DNA of 32,000 nucleotides from positions 630,001-662,000 of the forward strand of contig CP149973.1 of assembly GCA_029269845.2 (NCBI GenBank), in the 5' to 3' direction. The position numbers and the translations under genes were made by a program. The notes beneath the pieces were generated by a model. That model was given only the letters and a program-made list of their open reading frames with translations. It made no database searches and was not told the origin of the DNA. Positions 8,057 to 17,263 of this stretch are shown piece by piece. Each line of letters starts with the position of its first letter. The stretch's first letter is position 1. The stretch is from Opitutia bacterium KCR 482 (GTDB lineage: Bacteria > Verrucomicrobiota > Verrucomicrobiia > Opitutales > Intestinicryptomonadaceae).

Positions 8057-9595
8057 TCACTTTTCCACTTTGAATCCGAGGAGATTCAGATTTAAAGGTT
8101 CGAATTTCGGGTGCGGATTTTTCAGTTCAAAGCGTACTTTGTGTTTGCCGTCGAATTCCGTTGTCCATCTGAACAGCTCATGATTCCGAGGGTATTTGAA
8201 CTCGTCGAAATAAAAATTGGCTGTGCGAACTTTTTTACCGTCCACCCAGCATTCAACGGACGCGCATATTCCGTCTATTTCGCGATGGGGAGACTTTTTG
8301 CCAAGTCCGTCGATGGTGCATGAGACAACCAGCCCGTCTATTTCGGATTCCACGACTGTATTTTTCGCGTTCAAAACGGGAAGTTTTACGTTCGATTTCT
8401 TTGTCAATTTCGGCTCGTATTCGAACGGAATCGGCTCGGGCATTTTTAATTCGACGGAAATATTACCGTCGTTGGAAACTTTTGCACCGTGATTTTTCAG
8501 CGTTTGAATCGCATGCGAAAAACCTACGGCATATACCTTTTCGCAGGTGTACGTCGTTCCGGTAAAAAATACTGTCGATTCGTGCTGTCGCAATGGGGCA
8601 AGCCATTTCTCTGGGATTTTTGAATAACCCTGTATTGCGCCGAGTATACCGCAGGCATTTGACGGATTGCAGTCGGAGTCGAGCCCGCAACGCGTGGATA
8701 TGTCGGCAGTTTTCCCGAAATCGCCGTCTCCGTAAAGCAGCCCGATTATTATGTACGCCAAATTATACGGCGCGTATATATGTTGATTGCCCAAGTAACT
8801 GCGTATCTCCGAAGTGCAGAATTTGTCGGTGAACATCTGCCATGCGGACTTCCAATCGTTCGGATTTTTTGCGTGATAATCGGAAATCGAGGAAACTATC
8901 TTGTATGTAAAGCTTTTTTTCGGAAGAATTTTCATGGATTCAACCACAACGTCGCGGGGATTGTCGAAAACGAACGCCAGCGAATACATTGTCGCCACAT
9001 ACGCTCCACAGTAAAAGCCTTCGCCACCGTTGATTGCGCGCCCTACAGTGTCGGCATATTTCAGCGCGGCTTGCGGCAGCGCGGGCGACATCAGCCCCGC
9101 GAAGTCCGATTCGATTTGAAAATCGATATCATTCGAGTTTATATTTGTTTTCCACGACACGGGAGCGTCAGGATCCATTCCGTCTAAATATTCCACTCGC
9201 GCCTGTCTGTTTGCACACCACAACGGGTACTTGGATTCCGCTATTGCCTTTTTGAATTCACGGCGCGGAGCGTCAAGCCCGAATCGCTCTAATATGTCCA
9301 TGAAAGTTATATCCAAATAGAGATCGTCGTAAAGACCGCCGAAATCGCCTTTCAAATTCGTAGCCTTTATAATGTTGTTTTCTTTCCACGGAATTTCATG
9401 GTCATCGGGAATTCGCTTGAATTTGAATTTAAACTCTGTCGGCCCGCCGTAGGAACAGCCTATCATCTGCCCTGCCCATCCGCCTTTGATTTTGTCGTAC
9501 AATTGTGTCTTGCTGAACTTTGCCTGCTTGGGGAGTTCGGCCACACAAACGGATGCGGCTAAACACGCACCCACAACCATATATAGTATTTTCAT
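8057..9595 (-). CDS. Secreted ADP-ribosylglycohydrolase (ARH/DraG)-fold protein with a ~150-aa C-terminal beta-sandwich-like extension
   Basis: 512-aa ORF with ATG start and an AGGAGA RBS. Signal peptide MKILYMVVGACLAASVCVA. ARH-family blocks are KGGWAGQMIGCSYGGPTEF, GGLYDDLYLD and RCGLDSDCNPSNACGILGAIQG. Confidence 0.75.
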   Translation of the reverse strand: MKILYMVVGACLAASVCVAELPKQAKFSKTQLYDKIKGGWAGQMIGCSYGGPTEFKFKFKRIPDDHEIPWKENNIIKATNLKGDFGGLYDDLYLDITFMDILERFGLDAPRREFKKAIAESKYPLWCANRQARVEYLDGMDPDAPVSWKTNINSNDIDFQIESDFAGLMSPALPQAALKYADTVGRAINGGEGFYCGAYVATMYSLAFVFDNPRDVVVESMKILPKKSFTYKIVSSISDYHAKNPNDWKSAWQMFTDKFCTSEIRSYLGNQHIYAPYNLAYIIIGLLYGDGDFGKTADISTRCGLDSDCNPSNACGILGAIQGYSKIPEKWLAPLRQHESTVFFTGTTYTCEKVYAVGFSHAIQTLKNHGAKVSNDGNISVELKMPEPIPFEYEPKLTKKSNVKLPVLNAKNTVVESEIDGLVVSCTIDGLGKKSPHREIDGICASVECWVDGKKVRTANFYFDEFKYPRNHELFRWTTEFDGKHKVRFELKNPHPKFEPLNLNLLGFKVEK

Positions 9596-9705
9596 ATATT
9601 TATTTCTCCTGTTTTTTTGTTATTTGAATATCCTTCTTTATAGAAGGAAAACCGGTGCATAAAATCGGGGATAAGTCGACACTACCGCTATCCGCGCGGT
9701 GAAAT

Positions 9706-11082
9706 TCACCAAGTGTGGTTGAAGTCCGTGCGGGGTTTTACGGCGATTCCCTGCTTTTGCAGAATTTTGACGACCTTGTTTTGGAGGATTGTCGGCGTGC
9801 CGCGTTTTGGCGCGTGTCGCGACTCCTCATTCACCCATATCTCCTTTCCCGACTTAATATTGTTATATGCCGCATAACAAGACGTAGGTTCGCACACGGG
9901 GTCGGCGTAGTTCACCATGAAAAATACCCTGCCCCTGATTTTTGCGGCAAAGTTTACTGCGTCGATATACCGCGCAGCCTCGACCGCTTTTCTGTTATAA
10001 TTTCCGTCCTCGCCGACACGCGTAAAATGCGGCCAGCCCGTCGTTCTGCCCACCGCCGCGCCGCCGTGATCGCAAAGCGCGGGATACATCGCCAAGACGT
10101 AATTTACGCGCGAATCCAATCCGCCCGCCACAAGAGCCTGTCCGCCGCCCTGACTGCCGCCCGAAACCGCCAGATTTTTGCCGTCCCACTGCGGCTGCGA
10201 AGTAAGCACGTCCATTGCGCGCATTATCCGCATGTAAAGAGTTCGAAAGAAAATGGTGTCGCGGTTTTCACAGTTTTTCAGCCAGTAGTCTTTCAGTTCA
10301 CCGATTGAAAGGGCCTTGTAGTAGGATTGCGGCTTGCCGTTAGGAAGTCCGTGGGCGTTCATATCCATGGCGAGAAATCCGTTTTTTGCCCACATTTCCA
10401 CTGTTCCCTTGCTGCTCGAAGCAACACCCGCGCCATGAAGGGTTAAAAGCGCCGGAAGCGATTTTTCCAGAGCATGCTTCGGGAATGCAATGTATGCCGA
10501 CATTTTGCCGTTAAACGAATCCGCCTGCACGTCGTAGACTTCAATGTCGGGCACGAGAGTTGCGACTTTCGTCATCTTCACATTCAGGGGAATTTTCGAG
10601 AGAATTTTCCTTTGTCGCACCCAATATTTGTCGAAATCCTTTGGCGCAGGCAGGGACGGCTTTATTTCGGAAACATCGAATCCCGCGCCCGCCAACAATT
10701 TAACCTTGTCTATTCCTCCGTTTTCGTTCGGGAGAAAAACGCGAATGTCGCACTTTAAAAATCCAGCCTCACACAATGTCTCCGACACCGCAAATTCGCC
10801 GTCTTTTGTTTCTCCGACAAAGTTTTTGCCAATCGGAACGGAGTCTTTTGTAATCGAACCGTCGAGTTTTATTCCGTTTGCCGGCTTGCCGCCTTTGCTT
10901 GCCGTTAGGACAAATCGGGCGATGTCCCCCGATTTGTATAGAGAACCGTTGCGGTCGGCCTTCAACCTCAGCGAGTATCCGTTATATTCGACGGTCTCCG
11001 CGCAGACTTCGACAAACGAAAAGACAAAAACTGACAAACAGGCCGAAACGGCAAGTTTTAAAATCGAATTTGCTGTTTTCAT
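9706..11082 (-). CDS. Secreted CE7-type acetyl esterase (acetylxylan esterase / cephalosporin-C deacetylase family) with a ~150-aa N-terminal extra domain
   Basis: 458-aa ORF with a signal peptide. It has the CE7 nucleophile motif GGSQGGG, the Asp block NYADPVCEPTSCYAAYNNI (CE7 D-x-x-C-P-P-S-T-x-F-A-A-Y-N-like) and a His in ESRHAP. Confidence 0.8.
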   Translation of the reverse strand: MKTANSILKLAVSACLSVFVFSFVEVCAETVEYNGYSLRLKADRNGSLYKSGDIARFVLTASKGGKPANGIKLDGSITKDSVPIGKNFVGETKDGEFAVSETLCEAGFLKCDIRVFLPNENGGIDKVKLLAGAGFDVSEIKPSLPAPKDFDKYWVRQRKILSKIPLNVKMTKVATLVPDIEVYDVQADSFNGKMSAYIAFPKHALEKSLPALLTLHGAGVASSSKGTVEMWAKNGFLAMDMNAHGLPNGKPQSYYKALSIGELKDYWLKNCENRDTIFFRTLYMRIMRAMDVLTSQPQWDGKNLAVSGGSQGGGQALVAGGLDSRVNYVLAMYPALCDHGGAAVGRTTGWPHFTRVGEDGNYNRKAVEAARYIDAVNFAAKIRGRVFFMVNYADPVCEPTSCYAAYNNIKSGKEIWVNEESRHAPKRGTPTILQNKVVKILQKQGIAVKPRTDFNHTW

Positions 11083-11121
11083 AATTTTTCGAAAATAAAT
11101 TGTACGATACGGGCTTAAATT

Positions 11122-12909
11122 TTATCTCATATCCGTAATTGTTCCGTCGGGTCTGAATATCAAATATTCGCGCGGCTTGACTTCCCTGCCCTTGTAGGAA
11201 TAGGGTTTCTCGGAATAATTGCATACGATTTCCGTTCCGCCCGAACGCTTTGTGTACACTACTTTCGGCGCGAGTTCGCGGCGGTCATCCAAAAATTCAA
11301 GCTGCAACTGCGCGATTTTATCGAACTTGTCGCAAATCCGCTTTATGCTTTTTGCAAACGCCTTCGCGCTCTCCAAACGTTTTTCGGGGGGCGTCTGGCT
11401 AAGCCTCGGAGCGTATTCGCAACGCGGGCGTCCGCCGAATTCGAAGAACCCGAGTTCCGTCTCCCATTTTCCTCCGGGGTATCCGGGGAAGGAGCATCGA
11501 TTCCACGGCGTGCTTAAAACAATTCCATTGTAGACTATTTGCCAGAACGGAATTCTTTCGTCAACCAAGCCGCTACTCCATGCAAACCAATGTTCGACAT
11601 AAACCCAAAGACAGGCATCGAGCGTTTCGAACGCATAGTCAATGCCGCCCTCCGAATACGAACCGCCGAAGTATTTGTTCGAATCTCCGAATATTTTTCT
11701 TGCGTACTTTGCGCCGGCCGAGGGCGTCATGGGGTGGCGTTTGTCGAAGCACTGATACGGATAAATTGACGAAACCACGTCGATGTAATGCAAGCCGCGA
11801 AATCCGATATCGGAAATCGCCTTGAAATGTTCCTCCGAGAAAAGCTTGTACCACCGTTTCAGACAGAGGTCGTACATTCTTCCGCCGTGGCCAATCGTGT
11901 GCCACTTGAAATTGCCGATCCTGTCCTTTGCGACAAATTCCGAATTCCAGCAGTCGGCAATGGAATAACCGTCCGTAGCATTTGCGTGGCATGTCATTTG
12001 ATAGCCCATGGACTGCCCCTTTTTTATTAATTCGCGAAGTTTTGCCTCTCCCCCGATTTTCTCTTCAATGGGAAGTATCTGCGGATAACGTCCGTCGTGC
12101 CCGCCCTTGTTCCAGCCGACAAGACAGATTTCGGCCTTTTTCACGCCCGCGTTTTTCAGCTCGTCCAATATCAGAGCTACATCATCCAGAGAATTGTAGA
12201 CAACCACGGGCGGTTCGTTTTCGGGAATTTGCTCCTCGATTCTCGGTCGCGACCGTTTTATACCGAGCAAAATGCGAATTTCGGGAGCTTCGACGGCATA
12301 TGCAAGTTCGGGGCGTTTTTTCATTTTTTCGGCTATGGGTTTAAGCCCGTCTTTATTGATTCTCAACGACCTGTAATACTTTGCCATTTCGACATACCCC
12401 GCGGTTTCGGGGAACTTCACGAAGTCAATCTTAACGTCTTCGTAGGGCGGATTTTTGTCGAAGTCGAAACGTACATAGTTCATGTAGCTGTCGCCGATTT
12501 TTTCGACTTTATACAAATACGCGAACCGCATTCCCCTTATGTGGGTGAGAAATGCTCCCGACGGTGTCTTCGAGCCGTGAATGGGCATGAGATTTACATC
12601 GTGCGAAATGCCCGTTGTTTTTCCCTTTCTGGGGATGAATTTCGTAAGTTCGCCGAAAGAGGAAATAAAGAAGCCGTCATCGCCGACTTTTGCCTGCGAA
12701 AAGGAGGGAATTATGTCAATGTATTTGACATTTTTCCCGATTGCCGACTTTGCGATTTCGAGGGTCGCTTTCCCGTTTTCGTCGAAGTCGAGCAATATTT
12801 CCTTCGACTCCGTCGTATCGTCGAAGAACGTCGTCGTTATTTCCGCGGTTTCGCCGCCGAACGCAACGGATACCAGTGCGAATGCGCTTATGAATAGAAA
12901 AAATTTCAT
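11122..12909 (-). CDS. Secreted protein of unknown function, possibly a TIM-barrel glycosidase-like protein (DUF5696-like, from memory)
   Basis: The ATG at 12909 gives signal peptide MKFFLFISAFALVSVAFG. The track ORF's extra 42 aa overlap the upstream gene, whose stop is at 12915, only 5 nt before this start. Central block LVGWNKGGHDGRYPQILPIEEKIGGEAKLRELIKKGQSMGYQMTCHANATD. The family call is weak. Confidence 0.45.
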   Translation of the reverse strand: MKFFLFISAFALVSVAFGGETAEITTTFFDDTTESKEILLDFDENGKATLEIAKSAIGKNVKYIDIIPSFSQAKVGDDGFFISSFGELTKFIPRKGKTTGISHDVNLMPIHGSKTPSGAFLTHIRGMRFAYLYKVEKIGDSYMNYVRFDFDKNPPYEDVKIDFVKFPETAGYVEMAKYYRSLRINKDGLKPIAEKMKKRPELAYAVEAPEIRILLGIKRSRPRIEEQIPENEPPVVVYNSLDDVALILDELKNAGVKKAEICLVGWNKGGHDGRYPQILPIEEKIGGEAKLRELIKKGQSMGYQMTCHANATDGYSIADCWNSEFVAKDRIGNFKWHTIGHGGRMYDLCLKRWYKLFSEEHFKAISDIGFRGLHYIDVVSSIYPYQCFDKRHPMTPSAGAKYARKIFGDSNKYFGGSYSEGGIDYAFETLDACLWVYVEHWFAWSSGLVDERIPFWQIVYNGIVLSTPWNRCSFPGYPGGKWETELGFFEFGGRPRCEYAPRLSQTPPEKRLESAKAFAKSIKRICDKFDKIAQLQLEFLDDRRELAPKVVYTKRSGGTEIVCNYSEKPYSYKGREVKPREYLIFRPDGTITDMR

Positions 12910-12914
12910 GGATA

Positions 12915-14612
12915 CTACGCTTTCCAGTTGAATGTTCGTATTTTTCCGTTGAGCTTCCATTTTTGCGGCGTGAGCGTCTCGAACCAATCGAGTGCCCGAC
13001 CGGTCGGCAGAGTTTTCGATGCCAGCTCGAAACATTTTTTAATACATTCGCGCTGTTCCGCACCTACCGCTTTCGGCTGGGGAGAAATAAATAGAGGCGT
13101 GCCGCTTTCGGCAAGCAATTCCATCCACTGCCTGTTCAATTCCCATTTGATGTCCACCCGCAACCCGACGCAGTCGGCGTCGCACGAATAAAACGCGTTG
13201 TGCTGGGGAGCGCGGAACGCGAGCGTGTTTACGCCCATTTTAAGGGTACGCGCCCATTCCAAACCGCTGGTATCGTCTCCCGTACGCTGCAATTCGAACA
13301 AGCCCGCCGAAAGATGCGAAAACGTATTGCAACCTATGACGTACATGTCGCCGCATTCGCGACGTATCAGCCTGTATAAATCGAGAACAACCTCGGCGTT
13401 GGTTTTTGTTTTGTCGTAAAACGACCAATCTCCGCGCGTCATGTCGGCGGAGGCAAACATTTCAAAACCCCATTTCCCGAAAATGTCGTACGAGGAATAG
13501 TCGTGTTTGATCATTTCGATGCCCCATGCGGAGTATGCCGCAAAACACTCCTTTATATAGTCCCTGTTGCGCCGGATTGTCGGGTCGAGGTATCTGTAAT
13601 TTTGCGGGTTGTTTGCGTGTGCATTTGGAGAGAGAAGAATTTCCTCCGAAGCGTTGTCGGGCGCACACAGAGGACGCATCCACAAACCGGGGCGCATTCC
13701 GCGCCTTTTGATTTCGTCGGCGAGACTTTTCATGTCGGGGAATAATTCGTTCGACTTTCTGAAATCGTCGCTCCAACCGCCGCGGGATCGGGGGTGTTTC
13801 GACGAAATTTTGTTCCAACCACCGTCTATTAGACAAAACGGTTTATTGTCGTTGCGTGGAATCAAATCGCCGACCAAATCGGTCAATTCGAGAATCAGCT
13901 TTTCGGAATTTTTGCCGTATGCAAAATACCAATCGTTGATTCCGTAGACAGGCTGTTTTGGCAGTCTCGGGTTCGGGCACATTTCTTTGCAGAAATTATG
14001 GATTGCATCAAACGGAGATTCCGACACTTTCCCATTTCGCGCGACGACAGACGCCATTTCAAGCACCCTTCCGCCAAGTCTTACGCCGTTCGAACCGTTG
14101 CGGACGTCCGCCTTCAACACAAGCCTGTCGGGCGAAACAATCCAAGAGCAGAAAGAGTTGCATTGCGTCATAACGCCGACGCAGTTGCAAACCGTTCCGT
14201 CATATTCGGCAAAATACCACGGGAAAACGCGTTTTTCACCGAGACCGCCCCAATGCAGGTCGCCGTATCCGCGTTCCCAATGGTCGTTAAGATATTTGGA
14301 GGCGGCGGAATTGGAGACATTCCACGTTATAAAAACAAACTTGGGGTTTTCCCTCGGGCTTTTTAGCGAAAATTCCGTTTTTTTATCCGACACCGCAACA
14401 AATAATTCGATTTCCCCGCATTTATACGAACCGCTGTCTTTGCAATAAACAGGCGAATGCCTTCCCGTTTCCGTTTCGATTTCGACGGAATCTGGCAGTT
14501 TGAATTTTCGGAAATGTCCGCCGTCAAACAATGCGCACGAAACGATTGATTCCGATACGGACAACGCGCCCAATGCGGCAAACGTATTTTTTATAAATTT
14601 TCTTCTGTTCAT
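12915..14612 (-). CDS. TAT-signal alpha-galactosidase-like glycoside hydrolase (clan GH-D, GH27/GH36-like)
   Basis: The ATG at 14612 gives MNRRKFIKNTFAALGALSV, a twin-arginine signal. Blocks GINDWYFAYG, FCLIDGGW, IEMIKHDYS (K-x-D nucleophile-type) and ELQRTGDDTSGLEW (R-T-x-G-D acid/base-type) recall GH27/36 enzymes. Confidence 0.55.
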   Translation of the reverse strand: MNRRKFIKNTFAALGALSVSESIVSCALFDGGHFRKFKLPDSVEIETETGRHSPVYCKDSGSYKCGEIELFVAVSDKKTEFSLKSPRENPKFVFITWNVSNSAASKYLNDHWERGYGDLHWGGLGEKRVFPWYFAEYDGTVCNCVGVMTQCNSFCSWIVSPDRLVLKADVRNGSNGVRLGGRVLEMASVVARNGKVSESPFDAIHNFCKEMCPNPRLPKQPVYGINDWYFAYGKNSEKLILELTDLVGDLIPRNDNKPFCLIDGGWNKISSKHPRSRGGWSDDFRKSNELFPDMKSLADEIKRRGMRPGLWMRPLCAPDNASEEILLSPNAHANNPQNYRYLDPTIRRNRDYIKECFAAYSAWGIEMIKHDYSSYDIFGKWGFEMFASADMTRGDWSFYDKTKTNAEVVLDLYRLIRRECGDMYVIGCNTFSHLSAGLFELQRTGDDTSGLEWARTLKMGVNTLAFRAPQHNAFYSCDADCVGLRVDIKWELNRQWMELLAESGTPLFISPQPKAVGAEQRECIKKCFELASKTLPTGRALDWFETLTPQKWKLNGKIRTFNWKA

Positions 14613-14763
14613 CGTAGTTCCATATATTTTAGTATACTCTGATTTCGAATACCGAAGCGTACTTCGAGCCGTTTGTGGCGAGTGCATGCAAACGCCGGAA
14701 TTTCTTGAAAAAATATCCAAGTGTATTCCTATAAAATGATATTAACGATGTTTTGAATACGGA

Positions 14764-14796
14764 GTCGGCAATGCAACACGAAGTTGCATTGCCGAC
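14764..14796. other. 14-bp perfect inverted repeat GTCGGCAATGCAAC-acgaa-GTTGCATTGCCGAC between two glycosidase genes
   Basis: Read directly from the sequence. It starts 12 nt downstream of the GH65-like stop (14808). No U-tract follows on the minus strand (TCCGTATTC). It may be a terminator-like or mRNA-stabilising hairpin, or a protein-binding palindrome. Confidence 0.5.
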
Positions 14797-14807
14797 GTAC
14801 CCACCAC

Positions 14808-17120
14808 TTATAACTCAAAAGAGTTTCCGACTTCTATGACGAATTTGCCGTCGGATTTTTTCCAATCTGCCGATACCTTGTCCTCCGGCATGAGGTATTC
14901 TGGGACAAGCAGCCTACGCTTTACCGTGTCGTTCTTGCCCTTTTTGAACGCAAGCTTCGCGAGTTTGCCGCCGCGGATTTCCGCATCGACCCATCCGCCG
15001 CCGTATGCGGGAAGCGAGAACGAATAGTCTTTCCATTTTTTCGGCGCGCCTGTTGCTATGTTTATGTCGCCGTTTTCGCGCGGCATTACAAGCATCTGGT
15101 TTAGGGCGAGCACATAAGACCCCGCCGACGTGGAAAACCACGGACATGTGCGCACTTTCGGCTCGTTGATTTCCCACGTTTCGCCGAAATATCCCGTACC
15201 CGCCGCGTTTGTGGACATCAATTGCTCTGGGCCAACATTGTCCTCTATGACAGCGAGAGCCGAGGACAGCCAACCCGCATACCACGAGCATATCGAATTG
15301 CCCATCGGATACATGTTGCCTGCGGTGCTCAGATTTTTAATGAAATCGTATGCCGCCGAAACCGCCTTTTTGTCGGTTTTGTCGAAGACGGGATACGGGA
15401 ATAATCCGCTGACGACCGCAATGCTCTTTTCCTTGCAACCCGCAAACGGAACGTACATTTCGTCGGTTTGGGGGAGCGATTCGCGTAGCTTCTTGGCGGC
15501 GTCGCGCAATTTCTTTGCGTAGTCGGCGTCGACTCCGAGAATGTCTGCGGCTTTCGCGGCGCATTCAAAATTGTAAATTATGCCGCAGGAAGTAAAAAAC
15601 GGATTGGGACATGCGGGGCCGAGGCGTTCCAAGTCCGTACATTTCCCGACGACGAGCTTGTCGCCGTTTTCCTGCAACATGTGCGAATAGAAGAACGCGG
15701 CGCATTCGCGCATTACGGGATAGGCGTTCTTTTCGAGAAATTCCCTATCGCCCGAGTACAGATAGTTGCCCCAAAGCCCGGACGCGACGTGCGACATATG
15801 GAAAACGTGGTCAATCCAGAAACCCGCGGGATTCGGTGCGCCCTCCCTGCCGTCTTCGAGGGTTTCCCACGGATAGCGCGCGCCGTATTTTTTGTCGCTC
15901 ATATCGAAGTAATGGCGTACGCGGGCTTTTGCGATGTTCAAAACGTCTTTGCGGAATTTGCCCGTGCGCATTGAAATTCCGAATTTGCCCGCCGAAGCCG
16001 CACCGTACGAAGGATTCATTTCGTCGAACGCGAAAAAGCGTCCCGACCAACCCGCATAATGCGCGTACAGCCCCACGGGAATTGACCAACGCGTGTACAT
16101 TGAGTGTATGTGGTACAACGCGGTAATGTAGGCGTCCTGCATGGGCTTGTCGGGGATTTCGATGTTTGCGCCGACCCAATAGTTAGCCCACTGTTTTTTG
16201 TGGAAGGCGAAAATTCCGTCGAAGCCCTCCTTCATTACAAGATTTTTGATTGATTCAGCTCGTTGGTCTTTGTTGAGTTTCGGATTTACCGAATTGTAGT
16301 ACGCCTGCGCAAACGCGCCTTCGAAGCCCTTTTCCTTTGCGACGTCCGTGCCGAAAATGTATTGGAAATTGTCGGCAAGGCACACAAAATAGACTGATTC
16401 CGCTTTTCCTTTCGAAGTATCGAAATCGGAATCAAAAGTCGCCGACATTCCGTCGACCGAAATTTTTGCGTCCGCGCTCGAAATCACCGAAACCGAGCCT
16501 TGGTAGACCTTATAGGCATAGGCGGTGTAGTCGAGCGAAGCAGTGTTGGGATATTTAGAATCGACGCGCGGAGCGGCGAGCATGCGTTCGGGAAGCTTCT
16601 TTGTGTCGGAATCCTCCAAAGTGTATTTAAACCTGATTTTTACCGACTTCGCATTGCCCTTAGGCTCAACGGATTTCTTCACAACAAGCATGTCTAGTCC
16701 GTACGGGACAAATGCCATTGTTTTGACTGTCGCGTTTTCGAATTCGACCGTATTTTCAATGTACGCCTCGCGCGTGTTGAGCGTCTGCGACCATTTTACG
16801 GGTTTTCCCGACGCCTTGCCGTCTACGAAAATCTCGTCGTCGTAGTGTCCGAACGGCATGAGCGTGCAACTCTTCACCGCAGGACCGTAGCGACGTCCCG
16901 CCCAAGCAACATCTGTCCATACGCCGTGATAACTTTTCTGGATTTGCTTGCCGATATTGTCGATGGAAGTCGAAACAGAGCCGTTCCCGATGTAGGGAGG
17001 CGCATATCCGTCGGGCTGAGAGTCTCCTTTGCCCGAAATTGTGTGAACAAAAGAATCCGCCGTTGCCGAAAGGGGCAGACACAAGGCGGCAATCAAAATT
17101 TTTCCGAAATTTAATCCCAT
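14808..17120 (-). CDS. Secreted six-hairpin (alpha/alpha)6 glycoside hydrolase, GH65-like
   Basis: The track ORF starts at a GTG (17171). The ATG at 17120 gives signal peptide MGLNFGKILIAALCLPLSATA. N-terminal block PPYIGNGSVS. Central block GARYPWETLEDGREGAP recalls the GH65 G-A-x-[FY]-P-W-E-S motif. The large C-terminal helical region (WGNYLYSGDREFLEKNAYPVMRECAAFF) is consistent with this fold. Confidence 0.45.
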   Translation of the reverse strand: MGLNFGKILIAALCLPLSATADSFVHTISGKGDSQPDGYAPPYIGNGSVSTSIDNIGKQIQKSYHGVWTDVAWAGRRYGPAVKSCTLMPFGHYDDEIFVDGKASGKPVKWSQTLNTREAYIENTVEFENATVKTMAFVPYGLDMLVVKKSVEPKGNAKSVKIRFKYTLEDSDTKKLPERMLAAPRVDSKYPNTASLDYTAYAYKVYQGSVSVISSADAKISVDGMSATFDSDFDTSKGKAESVYFVCLADNFQYIFGTDVAKEKGFEGAFAQAYYNSVNPKLNKDQRAESIKNLVMKEGFDGIFAFHKKQWANYWVGANIEIPDKPMQDAYITALYHIHSMYTRWSIPVGLYAHYAGWSGRFFAFDEMNPSYGAASAGKFGISMRTGKFRKDVLNIAKARVRHYFDMSDKKYGARYPWETLEDGREGAPNPAGFWIDHVFHMSHVASGLWGNYLYSGDREFLEKNAYPVMRECAAFFYSHMLQENGDKLVVGKCTDLERLGPACPNPFFTSCGIIYNFECAAKAADILGVDADYAKKLRDAAKKLRESLPQTDEMYVPFAGCKEKSIAVVSGLFPYPVFDKTDKKAVSAAYDFIKNLSTAGNMYPMGNSICSWYAGWLSSALAVIEDNVGPEQLMSTNAAGTGYFGETWEINEPKVRTCPWFSTSAGSYVLALNQMLVMPRENGDINIATGAPKKWKDYSFSLPAYGGGWVDAEIRGGKLAKLAFKKGKNDTVKRRLLVPEYLMPEDKVSADWKKSDGKFVIEVGNSFEL

Positions 17121-17263
17121 AATATTTAGATTCAGTATATAATGTTGTGAATTGGCAGAAAGGGGAAACACCTAACATAAAGTCGGAAGATTAGCCCCAC
17201 AGAAAGGCAGTTTTGACGCGGAGAGCACCCGCTGCCCGCGCAAAAACCGTCGAAAGAATTCAA

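Noticed and set aside
7519-8060. ORFs 7519-8007 (+) and 7791-8060 (-) to the right of the transposase fragments
   Set aside because: They lie in very AT-rich, degenerate IS-remnant DNA. I could not recover ISL3 N-terminal (zinc-finger/HTH) motifs in any frame.
8097-8108. GGTTCGAAT, a 9-nt match to the T-arm of tRNA-Ser, considered as a possible att-site repeat
   Set aside because: It is too short, lies inside the ARH-fold coding sequence, and does not extend into the acceptor 3' half. No other partial copy of the tRNA 3' end was seen by eye up to 19876.
9631-9648. 7-bp hairpin TCCTTCT-ttat-AGAAGGA between the CE7 and ARH-fold genes
   Set aside because: The stem is short and no U-tract follows on the coding (minus) strand. 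It is too weak to call as a terminator or regulatory site.
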